Positions 30,501-37,083 of a stretch of DNA of 48,466 bases are shown here, piece by piece; the stretch's first letter is position 1; each line of letters begins with the position of its first letter. The notes below the pieces were generated by a model. That model saw only the letters and a program-made list of their open reading frames with translations. It made no database searches and had not been told where the DNA came from. Both the position numbers and the translations under genes were made by a program. The stretch spans positions 1-48,466 of IMG/VR virus record IMGVR_UViG_3300020440_000022; one strand, 5' to 3'. Source of the stretch: a virus (Duplodnaviria > Caudoviricetes).

Positions 30501-33500
30501 TTAAGATATGTATTATCTGAACAGCCATTTGTTGACTGGATGTTCAAAACAAGTTTTGTAAAAGCTAAACACAATGTAGGAAACTTAAGAGAAGATATTA
30601 CATTTAACAATGATAATTTACCTAGTTATGAGGAATATATTAATGAAGTTAAACCATTCAAAACAAAACTGAGAGAATATTTAAGTTCCTATGAAAGAAT
30701 AGATAATTCTCAAAGTAGAATAACTGATTTTGATTTAGCACCAACATATAATGCTTCTGATAATGCAATAAGTCCTATAAGAACACAAGTTATAGATAAT
30801 AGTATTGTTGGTTTAGCAGATGATTTAAATAGTTATCCTAATAAAAACTGGTCAGATAGTGTAGGATTTGTAGTTAAAGAAATAAACGTTGCAAAGGCAG
30901 GACAGGGATACTCAAGTGCGCCTCAGATTATTATTTCGGGCGGTGGCGGCACAGGAGCCAAAGCAGTTGCGAAGTTAGGAAGAGGAAACGGTGTTACATC
31001 TATTGAAGTAATTAATAGCGGTAGTGGATATATTTCAGCTCCTACTATTACTATAAATGGAAATATAACTGAAGGCGGCACCGAAGCAAAAGCAAGTGTA
31101 GTCATTGGACAGTCATTACCGAGAACTATTCACACGTTAGTAAAGTTTGATAGGACTACAGGAAATTATCTAATTACTACATTAGGTGAAACGCAAACAT
31201 TTATTGGTTCCGGATCAAAATATATATTTGATTTAGAATGGCCAATGGATCTACGCAAAAGTGAAATATCAGTTAGTGTAGACAACATTGTTTTATTAAA
31301 CAGTCAGTACACATATGAAAATATTTTAGACAACTCTAAAGGTTATGATAGATTCTTTGGCAGAATAACTCTTACAGAACCTGCTAAAAATAACAGCAGT
31401 GTAATTGTTCAATACAAAAAAGACATAAATCTATTGCAAGCACAAGATAGAATTAATCTAGCATACAATCCCACAACAGGACAGTTTGGAAAGGATCTAG
31501 GACAACTAATAGAAGGTATAGATTATGGCGGAGTAGAAGTAAAAAGTTTTGACTTTGGCGGATTAACCGGTTGGGATAGTGCTCCATGGTTTACAGGAGA
31601 ATATGATACTTACGATACTACTTATGAAGATGAAATAATAACACTTGATGGTTCTACAAATATTATTACATTGAATAGTGCTTTGGAAAATAATGTTGTA
31701 TACAATGTTTATAAGAATGGTATAAGATTAGATGATCCTGATTGGACAGATGACTCTACGCAATTTACTAATCCTAATGCTGTTATGCGTAGCATTGTAG
31801 GCAACGGATCACAAACTACAATTAATATAGGTGAACTTGGTATATCTGGAGTTGCTGATGATACATTTATTATTAGAAAATCTACAAGTGATGGTAGTTT
31901 CCTACCAACCAACATTAATTTTGATACATTAATTACAGGCGGCACTTTAGATTATACAAACGCAACCGGACTAGCATCTGAAGATATTAACATTGACGGT
32001 GACGGATTCTTTACTCCATTAGCAAATGGCGGCCCAGAAGAAGTTATGCCAGGGCAGGTATTTGATACTCTTGATCTTAAAGTTTACGAAAGACCTACCG
32101 GAGGTGCCTCTACAATAACAAGTAGAAATTATACAGGTAACGGAATTAGAACAGTATTTGATATTGGAACCGGTCCTATTACAAAAAATAATCTGCTAGT
32201 AAAAGTGAATAGCACAGTAAAGAAAATAGATACTGACTATACAATTGACTTTGATAATAAAACAGTAACATTTACATCTGCTCCGGCAATCAACTCAACA
32301 GTTTCTTTATTAAGTATGGGATATGCAGGAGAAAATATCTTGGATATTGATTCTTTTGTAAGTGACGGTTCAACTGTTGACTTTTTAACAAACATTACAT
32401 ATTCTGATAATGTAAAAGCACTTGTAACTATAGAAGGTGTTGAAATACCACATGATATTGTAAAAGCAGATAATTCATACTTGAAACCAGGAAACATTAT
32501 AATACGATTTGCAGAAGCTCCTGCTTTAGATAAGATCGTTAATTTTGGTCTATTCATAGGACAAACACAAAACTATAGTGTAGTTACAATAGACGAATTT
32601 GAAAGTGACGGAAGTACAACTTCTTATTCTCTTACTACTACACCATTTTCTCAAACACCTACAGAATGGTATACTCTTGTAACAATAAATGATCATGTGT
32701 TAAATGCAGGATACAATGAAATCTTTACAATTTCTTCTACTAGAGAATATAGGCTGAAGAAATGGCAAGTCCCATTAGGAACATTATCAAATAAACAAAT
32801 CAAAGTTTATATTAATAATATTGAAAGACAATATATTAAGGATTGGTCTTTTAGTAGTGCAGGAGAATTTGATCCAACTATTCCTGCAAGTCAACAGGCT
32901 GGAAGCACAATTACTCTGTCAAGAACAGCTGGATCACCAGGTGATGAATTAAGAGTGTTTATTTTAGGATTAGACGATAGCACTGGTTCTGGCGGTGATT
33001 ATCGGTATGGATATTTTGACGCCGACGGTGACTTTATATCTACTCCTGGAGTATTACATATTGCAAAGAATTATGCAGTAGGGGATATAATAAAGGTTAC
33101 TCAATTTAGTAATCATAACTCCCAAGGAATAGATAGACAGAGTTTTGACGTTAAAGAAAAAACAGAAATATTAAAAGGAACTATAGAAGGTGAACAAGTT
33201 TTTGCACTTGACGGAAGTACCGCTGAATTAGAGTTATTTCCATTAAGCGATAGAGTGAAATATGCTGTATTTCTAAATGATATAAGAATTGATGATATTA
33301 ATTTTGGAACTGGAAATACTGTTTTGAATCCAAATGCAGTAATGAAAACAATAGAAGGTGCAGGACAAACAGTATTTAATTTAGATAATAATAATGTATC
33401 TGCAGATGTAGGAGACATTATAAAGATAAAACCTGTAGAAATAATATATACTCCAACAGAAGATACTGATGATTACTATGAATTAAGACAGTTGCGTAAC

Positions 33501-34427
33501 GGGATAATTCCTTTGCGTAAATCAGCAGTTGATGATCAATATGTTTGGGTAATAAAGAATGGTAACTTGTTAAGTCCTAGTGTAGATTATGTGCTTACTG
33601 AATCTAAACAAAGTATAAAACTTGTAAGCCCTCTTGCAGAAGATGACACGGTTGAAACAATACATTTTGCAAATAAGATATTGCAACAAAAAGTAGGCTG
33701 GCGCCAGTTTAAAGATGTATTGAATAGAAATCATTACAAACGTATTAACGGAACATTCAATTATACACTTGCTGAAGATTTACATTGGTGGTCCAAATCC
33801 ATAGTTCTAGATACTACTGATGGACTACCAAGTCCTTCAATTGATACAAAAACACCTGGTGTAGTCTTTATTGATGGAGAAAGAATAGAATATTTCGTTA
33901 AAGACGGTAAACAGTTAAAACAACTACGTAGAGGTACACTAGGTACAGGGGTGAAAAACATGTATTCTGCAGGAACAGAACTTTATGATCAAAACATAGC
34001 AGAATCACTACCGTACAAAGATGAAATATTAACAACAATATTTACTGCTGATGGAACAACTAAAACATATGAATTAGATTTTACACCAAATAGCATCAAT
34101 GAATTTGAGGTATTTGTAGCAGGTCGCAGATTAAGAAAAACTGCACTCCAGTCTTATCAATTAGATACAGATTTAAGGACTACATATGCTGCAACAGGAG
34201 AACAAATAAGTCAAGATTCTCCTGAAGGCGATATAACATTACCGGCAGAGTTTAGTATTAATAATGGAAATGAGCTTACATTGACTGATTTTCCAGCAGA
34301 AAATCAAAAAGTGATAGTAATTAGGAAACAGGGTAAATTGTGGTCACCGGCTGGTACTGCGTTAGTTGATAGTGATACAGATGTAGCTAAATTCGTACGT
34401 GCCGCACAGCCTGACTTGCCAGGATAA
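18555..34427 (+). CDS. Giant (5290 aa) baseplate/structural protein, gp7-like with adhesion-type domains
   Basis: Follows gp6 with TAATG coupling; LPRYFRT..NKKFL and FIQEKGT..SL..LF wedge-like motifs; FG-GAP-like blades, CBM5/12-like aromatic repeats, GxGYxxAP repeats and DG(S/T)T beta-sandwich repeats. Confidence 0.8.
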   Translation: MAYNDNQNEPALPAGNENYKRKTENHLPRYFRTRFNKKFLQSTVDQLTQPGVVEKINSYYGRKTAKAYKANDNYVGDVDKQREDYQLEPASIIKDELGNVNYYADYNDFTNKLNAVGNINKDHSIVNQQEYYAWNPHIDWDKFVNFREYYWLPSGPQLITVVGQSRDIESTYSLELADNVDNVTYKFTPDGLTNNPTLTLYRGQTYKFDIDVPGHPIAFATKKSFTPGASVLVEATDGIRSPGVYDIGLYDQEGLVYDGGGYIVEPAEASFTAGTSQNTSLIYDTGVKQYNDEGEEQSVVYLEKGTIEFTVPETAPDRLYYISKNDPNISGFIRIFDIIENTEINVENEIIGKKTYKTTGGFELSNGMQVEFAGNVTPASYGTGQYFVEGVGDKIKLIPAIRLETSGDFTKDIDLEFDVNAFDFYPFDKAIGFPDKKDYIVIHRSSTDGNLWSRYNKWFHKDVIEKSAQINNRVVDIDVNARASRPIVEFEPGLKLYNFGTQTKDDVDLIDNFTKDAFSTIEGSQGYNIDGVDVTNGMRILFTADTDLLVKNRIYQVKFITVNNISQITLTEIADTNPILNETVLITNGTTNRGKYYFYNGIEWKATQAKTKVNQPPMFDLFDKDGKSLSDATVYASTNFIGNTVFEYKIGTGRNDTELGFPLSYRNIENSGDIVFNFKLLNDKFAYQDQNEIIEINTDTAYVRLYDSIDNFRTENGWIKADSLSNQYVLRQYVFDNSTNDFAIDVYDSVDLSDLWIRVYKNNKLQFRSTDYTIVSDSNNDKAVRFVNDLKLDDVILLKTKSSKPKNENGLYEIVANLEKNPLNENLNEFTIGEVVDHVSTIVESYNNFQGVFPGVSNLRDAGPISKLGTKFVKHSSPFNLPTYHLVDKSANIVLALDFARIEYSKFKRRFLETADTLGYDGPIKSTIEEIFKELNKDKTTSMPFFFSDMAATLGSIKTSYTIEDPDEQYFPLSTAFFKNKASKRSVLVYNNNIQLTYGKDYTFDDDGFINYTGTKSQDDIVDIYEYENTNGSFIPPTPTKLGLYPSYIPKLYIDDSVNAEAPADESGPWKIYASDDKGKLGWYYPLYADIQDAKTRDTELGGSGQAHAHKFDGLNRTFFMPNSSMNHATRDNESISEWPQGLTVIQGHDGSRYTAFKDYRDELLLDLELRIYNNLKQPYDTTLFDLADFVPGQYRPNSINKTDFDTAITADFVKWAESINADYTSNTYFDRNNTFSFNYKGMNFTTGGRLPGWWREIYRLAYDTDRPHTHPWEMLGFNDKPSWWEDVYGPAPYTRNNELLWNDIENGFIKEPNKKLIVNSKFARPGISSHQPVDESGNLLSPNDSGIVTDFSISGARDNYSYGDGAPVENGYKRTSEYPFSIIKSIVINRPNRVFATIFDRQRQTRNSAGQLQYNSSENQIILKNIIFPSTKNDATQIFTSGLVNYIADYMSSDSLQTYQSYKDNLKSITNQIGFKVGGFTDKEKFRLLLDSRTPLNQGNVFVPDENYKIFLNESSALKEVSYSGVIIEKLAQGFIIRGYDTRTPSFTYFKPIKLQNDPFINVGGVSERFVEYTQGRTYTTGTLVSFNGAYYRAKENLTNVAEFDSSKFARLPSLPVVGGVSAQLRRQYESTPSILKYGEVLQSFQDVVDFLLGYGAHLEYLGFQFENFDDAETEVQNWNTAARQFLFWTSQNWRAGTVLTISPNAENLKFKSQYSTVGNVFDSMFGYSILKSDGKPLEQQFVKVSKNSDNEFEMYTVNTADGIYAVRLPLIQKEHIVLLDNSTVFGDVIYDVAPGYRQERIRVLGYKTIDWNGSLNIPGFFYDDAKPTQWTPWQDYSVGDIVKYKEFFYTADTKIAGSEVFEENKWIRLANKPNAGLYSNFDYRINQFTDFYDLDSDNFDTEQQRLAQHLIGYQKRQYLENIINDDVSQYKFYQGFIQEKGTRNSLTKLFDALASADKDSLEFFEEWAIKDGQYGASEGFDEVEYKLDESKFRLVPQPILLTDNITGQETDLLYRIPTYQTYLKPKNYDHSPFPEKYVGTGYIKDAGYVNYEDVDFVIGQYSEILQIDIQKVKESDYIWVQNYGYKSWNVLQHINSGYSIEKIEPDNTDIKITINATPTDIKKGDIIGIFDIISTSVTEDSTTVATTTVDPLKGFYKIKDVTLNTITVENSEAVDVIENIEGTLTKFIECRVSNLKDANIFSQNHIQPQENIWIDDNDFANWTVLKNANKFDLLQEVSNNNSGTAINFAKAFAVNDRNTILAVGLPNKDDGQVLIYQRATNSLNYVLNQVIFAPENIADPNQEFGFSIDLSDDGKYLIVGSPSASKVKTKYRGGFEPTADYAQGDIVKKDDQLYEAINPIIGADDNIEFVSFSSVADILFDLNLDEEDSEQIPMLLTGNYPFENVTADHFLVRAPKTQYEGSGEGDEIKLAWNPLTNANQTQLNLVNTLPFGGNVSYLSENYLQSQHTISKKIDAILFVDQSTVIPNIGDTVTTQGAVANVAYTFNVGAQVTIYVNQVNGEFPANNSLFIEGNDFVGEYVLSGPNEQTATSTQLGGYWFVQSSNPYSVTTTTSDVARGLVIYDLIPDSSVTGNYYYNILDFETSTIDSENTDHSYVRVLSFQGSPGPYGTTSPTLSQYWLARAPKAVTDSLTAGDKINFHWNEMKKTVSKMTLVNNVTVVKGEVITQDVTGATATVFQNATNSKEVLLQNITGTFSTVNLLNGSISGRLFTNVFALPVEDTLVQPSDIGLSYTLTNKEQTVFDIWDGYIDYENLFFEAGQPLEPRIGQTLQDMNTGATAEVVFYQRDLNSVRVYVKNVQEGTVDPIKGFVGGGWSRGDDFGNAAEIQMLAFPGGPNPDEYGRVDIYTIDRPIGQVDKVSLGYTPDGIGKLVVFDTGSNISLPTTNEIKDIEYWLYTKTTVLGVPRGANVPAPDNLDYITKYFIPTSTNGYQSNYQNEGMYSIYERLSTGRYEPVNSYIGQISDENTYTGYNVQIRKNNDIYRGYIGQPGPQDSSGISLNDTPGKILFIKKGIENNNTYNWEYARNKKFRGEFSSTTEYFQNDIVYLNDPQGTLYNAITNIQPGEFDATLWDSTDDLIDYVGYIPNNTGLKVINDSSQDSVLDQSEMFDFASSFDVSKNGEVLLAQVKYLTVPNIVAVYRIKDGHYQFSQNIEAETVGSQFGHKVQISDDGKMIAISAPYDDTNFDDQGKVYIYKQKNGVFELVQKLSSPVDLSSQQFGSNIDFDGNNIAITAKNADSFIETTFDNKSTILDQGFTNLKNFTEDTGIVYLYQLINDTFVYGQPLQYNNKYGGVLRFGENIKLQNNHIYVGLPAVQSDDDYIGTLVDFRIAENKNIFEVHRSAKSTVNLEKIKRVILYNTKSKKLLTYLDYIDPIQGKIAGPAEENLRYKLYYDPAYYTNVTDGTSATKSDAFWGNTQVGQLWWDLTNAKFVNPYQDDIFYSVANWNKLADTNSIDIYEWVESNILPAEWDNIADTAEGTPLGISGLSKYGNNAYVQKQVFDSVSQSFSNKYYFWVKNKKIKPNTEFRTLSAEAVAKLISNPADQGYKFVSFVTSNSFTIHNCDSLLEDNDVALSVQYWTIDNQNINIHNQYQIITDGLETSVPNRDIENKWVDSLVGYDMYGREVPDPTLSEKEKYGTLFKPRQSWFVNREEALKQYIERVNRILKTNLIVDNKDISELQRQEIVPDSSLNLYDTTVDTVSDLEFIGVAKAKQAEIQLVIENGTVVDTLILDPGRGYLVAPSFTINGTGTDLELNITINNLGVITNVDITNGGKNFSPNDSITLRKYAVLVNADENIQGRWALYERAGNSWSRIRSQSFNCNNYWDYADWYAPEFSESTKIDNIIDRSYELQTVSDNIGDITKINNVGSGGWLLLRKIDNQENVDYTVNYETIGRQNGTIQFKISIFDTTESLTGFDVTSFDIRFFDSVPTNETRIIINAIKNDLFTEELKVEYNKLFFASLRYVLSEQPFVDWMFKTSFVKAKHNVGNLREDITFNNDNLPSYEEYINEVKPFKTKLREYLSSYERIDNSQSRITDFDLAPTYNASDNAISPIRTQVIDNSIVGLADDLNSYPNKNWSDSVGFVVKEINVAKAGQGYSSAPQIIISGGGGTGAKAVAKLGRGNGVTSIEVINSGSGYISAPTITINGNITEGGTEAKASVVIGQSLPRTIHTLVKFDRTTGNYLITTLGETQTFIGSGSKYIFDLEWPMDLRKSEISVSVDNIVLLNSQYTYENILDNSKGYDRFFGRITLTEPAKNNSSVIVQYKKDINLLQAQDRINLAYNPTTGQFGKDLGQLIEGIDYGGVEVKSFDFGGLTGWDSAPWFTGEYDTYDTTYEDEIITLDGSTNIITLNSALENNVVYNVYKNGIRLDDPDWTDDSTQFTNPNAVMRSIVGNGSQTTINIGELGISGVADDTFIIRKSTSDGSFLPTNINFDTLITGGTLDYTNATGLASEDINIDGDGFFTPLANGGPEEVMPGQVFDTLDLKVYERPTGGASTITSRNYTGNGIRTVFDIGTGPITKNNLLVKVNSTVKKIDTDYTIDFDNKTVTFTSAPAINSTVSLLSMGYAGENILDIDSFVSDGSTVDFLTNITYSDNVKALVTIEGVEIPHDIVKADNSYLKPGNIIIRFAEAPALDKIVNFGLFIGQTQNYSVVTIDEFESDGSTTSYSLTTTPFSQTPTEWYTLVTINDHVLNAGYNEIFTISSTREYRLKKWQVPLGTLSNKQIKVYINNIERQYIKDWSFSSAGEFDPTIPASQQAGSTITLSRTAGSPGDELRVFILGLDDSTGSGGDYRYGYFDADGDFISTPGVLHIAKNYAVGDIIKVTQFSNHNSQGIDRQSFDVKEKTEILKGTIEGEQVFALDGSTAELELFPLSDRVKYAVFLNDIRIDDINFGTGNTVLNPNAVMKTIEGAGQTVFNLDNNNVSADVGDIIKIKPVEIIYTPTEDTDDYYELRQLRNGIIPLRKSAVDDQYVWVIKNGNLLSPSVDYVLTESKQSIKLVSPLAEDDTVETIHFANKILQQKVGWRQFKDVLNRNHYKRINGTFNYTLAEDLHWWSKSIVLDTTDGLPSPSIDTKTPGVVFIDGERIEYFVKDGKQLKQLRRGTLGTGVKNMYSAGTELYDQNIAESLPYKDEILTTIFTADGTTKTYELDFTPNSINEFEVFVAGRRLRKTALQSYQLDTDLRTTYAATGEQISQDSPEGDITLPAEFSINNGNELTLTDFPAENQKVIVIRKQGKLWSPAGTALVDSDTDVAKFVRAAQPDLPG

Positions 34428-34448
34428 ATAACACAGTAGGATATAAAA

Positions 34449-35063
34449 ATGACAGACAATTTAAAAGATAAATCAGGTGTACTCATACAAGGACATATTA
34501 AAATTCATGATCCTGAGTCGGGTCAAGTAATTGTTAACAAAAGGAATGCTATTCATTATGAAAACATGAGTATAGCATTAGCTGATAGTCTAGCTAATAG
34601 TGGTAAAGGTTGGATTTACGAAATGAGCTTTGGTAATGGTGGTACTAGCGTTGATCCTACAGGGATAATTACCTATCTTACGCCGAACAATACTGGCACA
34701 AATGCAAGTTTATATAATCAGACTTATACAAAAGTTGTAGACGGAAATAGTGTTAACAATAGTGATCCTGTAAGAAACAAAATTGAAACAAGGCACGTAA
34801 GTGGTACAAACTACACAGATGTGCTTGTAAGTTGCTTGCTAGATTACGGTGAACCAAATGGACAAGAAGCATTTGACACTGCTACAGATCCGGCAAGTTT
34901 GTATGTCTTTGACGAACTTGGATTAAGAAGTTGGAATCCAAGCGGCACAGGCAATTTAATAACTCATGTTATTTTTCATCCTGTACAAAAGTCTCTTAAT
35001 AGATTAATACAAATTGATTATACAGTACGAATACAAAGTTTATCTGGACTAGCAGGGGAGTAA
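34449..35063 (+). CDS. Virion baseplate / fibre-attachment protein
   Basis: FDELGL...HVIFHPVQKS..RLIQIDYTVRI; between the giant protein and the fibre genes; ATAAATA at 34424-34430 and AGGA RBS. Confidence 0.6.
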   Translation: MTDNLKDKSGVLIQGHIKIHDPESGQVIVNKRNAIHYENMSIALADSLANSGKGWIYEMSFGNGGTSVDPTGIITYLTPNNTGTNASLYNQTYTKVVDGNSVNNSDPVRNKIETRHVSGTNYTDVLVSCLLDYGEPNGQEAFDTATDPASLYVFDELGLRSWNPSGTGNLITHVIFHPVQKSLNRLIQIDYTVRIQSLSGLAGE

Positions 35064-35066
35064 TAA

Positions 35067-37082
35067 ATGGCATATACAATACCATATACAGACCAAGCTA
35101 ACAAAGGTACAATTACTATTGAAGACTCTACTATTAATACAGAAACAAGTCTTAAATTACCGGGTAGAAACACAACAGCATACGGAAGTGCAATAGCTGA
35201 AAACTTTTTGCATCTTTTAGAAAATTTTGCAAGTGCAACAGAACCAAGTACTCCGGTTGAAGGTCAATTATGGTACGATGCAACTCCTGGTGTAGAACAA
35301 CTTAAAGTTTATGACGGAACTAATTGGGTATCATCAGGTGGATTGAAAAAAGCAAACACAGCTCCAGAAGCAGGACAAAGTTTAATTGGCGACCTATGGG
35401 TAGATACTGATAATCAACAGTTATATTTGTATTCTGGATCTGGATGGGTATTAGTTGGACCTACATTTAGTGATGGATTAGTTACAGGTGCAAATCCTTT
35501 AAGTGTAATAGGTACGGATGATACAACATATAATATACTACAGATTGAAGTAAATGCACAACCAGCAGCTATTATAAGCACATCACAGTTTACCCCTAAA
35601 GTTAAAATACCAGGTTATACCACACTACAACCTGGAATAAATTTATCAACAAGTAATATTACAGGCGACGGCGTACCTAAATACATAGGAACAGCAGAAA
35701 AAGCAGAAGGCTTAATTGTTGCTGGTAACACAATCGCTGCAGGAAATTTTTTACGTGGCGACACTGCAAGTACAACTGCATTTCCGATAAACGTGCAAAA
35801 TAACAATGGTATAGCATTTGGTGTAAATGCAGAAATGGACATAGGCGTCGAAGGTAACGCTGGAATAATACAGCACAACATTGCTGGATCTAGTATAGAC
35901 TTTAAAGTAAAAAATGATGGAGTTCTAAAAAATATATTAAGATTAGATAGTGATCTTAAAGTAGGTATAAACAATGTAGCCCCTGATGAAGCACTTGATG
36001 TTACAGGAAATATACAATCATCAGGAGTTCTTAAAGTAAAAGATACTACTAATAGCACATCTTATTCTACAGGATCGATCACCACACTAGGTGGTTTAGG
36101 GATAGCTCTAAATACAAATATTGGCGGAACACTTACAGTTCACCAAACTATTACATCTAGAGATATTCTTCCTGATCAAAACAATTTAAGATCTATTGGT
36201 TCTACAAGTTCTAAATATTCAAACATGTATGCGACAACTTTTATAGGAAATCTTACTGGAAACGTAAGTGGAACTGTAAGTGGTAGATCGGGATCTTCTG
36301 ATAAACTTACATCAGCTACAACTTTTAGATTTGCCGGAGACGTAGCAGCCGGCGATACAGTTTTTGACGGACAGACTGGCGGATCATTAAAAGTTTTCAA
36401 TACAACACTGAGTAATCAGATAATTGCAGGTAAAGATTTAGTAGAAGCTTCGCAAGCAGATGACGAGTTTTTAATAAACAGGGTTACTGGTGCAACAGGA
36501 CTTAAAAAAATAAGTCAGCAAGATTTATTAGCCGCAGTTCCAACTACTCCTGTTGGACTTATAGCACCTTATGCAGGTACAGCTGCTCCTACAGGTTGGT
36601 TGCTGTGTGACGGTAGCGAGGTTTTTATTGCACAATATAATCAGTTATACCAAGTAATAGGTTTTATATACAAAGCATCTCCTACAAGTGGAAAATTTGC
36701 ATTACCAGATTTGCGTGGACGATTTGGTTTAGGTAAAGATGACATGGGAGGCACTAGTGCAAATAATGTTACTGATTTGTCTGCAGATGTCCTTGGTTCA
36801 AAGAATGGTTCAGAAGAAGTTAATATACAATTAGAAAACTTACCAGAACATGAACACGATTTGCGTGGTGACAGTGGTGACCAGTATTATGCTATTAGAG
36901 ATGTAAGCGGAAATCCTACAGATCCAGAAGCAATAAGATATGATGCGCCAACTGGTTCCCAAGCAGGACAGGCATATCCAAACAGTGGCGGAATATTGAC
37001 AAGTGATGATTTAGGCACAGCCTTGAATGTTATGAATCCATATATTACATTGAACTATATAATTTACGCAGGAACTGGATAA
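35067..37082 (+). CDS. Tail fibre with tail-collar domain (short-fibre-like)
   Basis: Collar motif PVGLIAPYAG..APTGWLLCDG...YNQLYQVIG...FALPDLRGRF; tip LPEHEH and NPYITLNYII; N-terminal domain shared with the next two genes. Confidence 0.85.
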   Translation: MAYTIPYTDQANKGTITIEDSTINTETSLKLPGRNTTAYGSAIAENFLHLLENFASATEPSTPVEGQLWYDATPGVEQLKVYDGTNWVSSGGLKKANTAPEAGQSLIGDLWVDTDNQQLYLYSGSGWVLVGPTFSDGLVTGANPLSVIGTDDTTYNILQIEVNAQPAAIISTSQFTPKVKIPGYTTLQPGINLSTSNITGDGVPKYIGTAEKAEGLIVAGNTIAAGNFLRGDTASTTAFPINVQNNNGIAFGVNAEMDIGVEGNAGIIQHNIAGSSIDFKVKNDGVLKNILRLDSDLKVGINNVAPDEALDVTGNIQSSGVLKVKDTTNSTSYSTGSITTLGGLGIALNTNIGGTLTVHQTITSRDILPDQNNLRSIGSTSSKYSNMYATTFIGNLTGNVSGTVSGRSGSSDKLTSATTFRFAGDVAAGDTVFDGQTGGSLKVFNTTLSNQIIAGKDLVEASQADDEFLINRVTGATGLKKISQQDLLAAVPTTPVGLIAPYAGTAAPTGWLLCDGSEVFIAQYNQLYQVIGFIYKASPTSGKFALPDLRGRFGLGKDDMGGTSANNVTDLSADVLGSKNGSEEVNIQLENLPEHEHDLRGDSGDQYYAIRDVSGNPTDPEAIRYDAPTGSQAGQAYPNSGGILTSDDLGTALNVMNPYITLNYIIYAGTG

Positions 37083-37083
37083 A

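Noticed and set aside
18555-34427. Intein or diversity-generating retroelement target explaining the giant ORF
   Set aside because: I saw no intein splice-junction or LAGLIDADG motifs, no near-identical template/variable repeat pair and no reverse transcriptase; reading by eye cannot fully exclude them.
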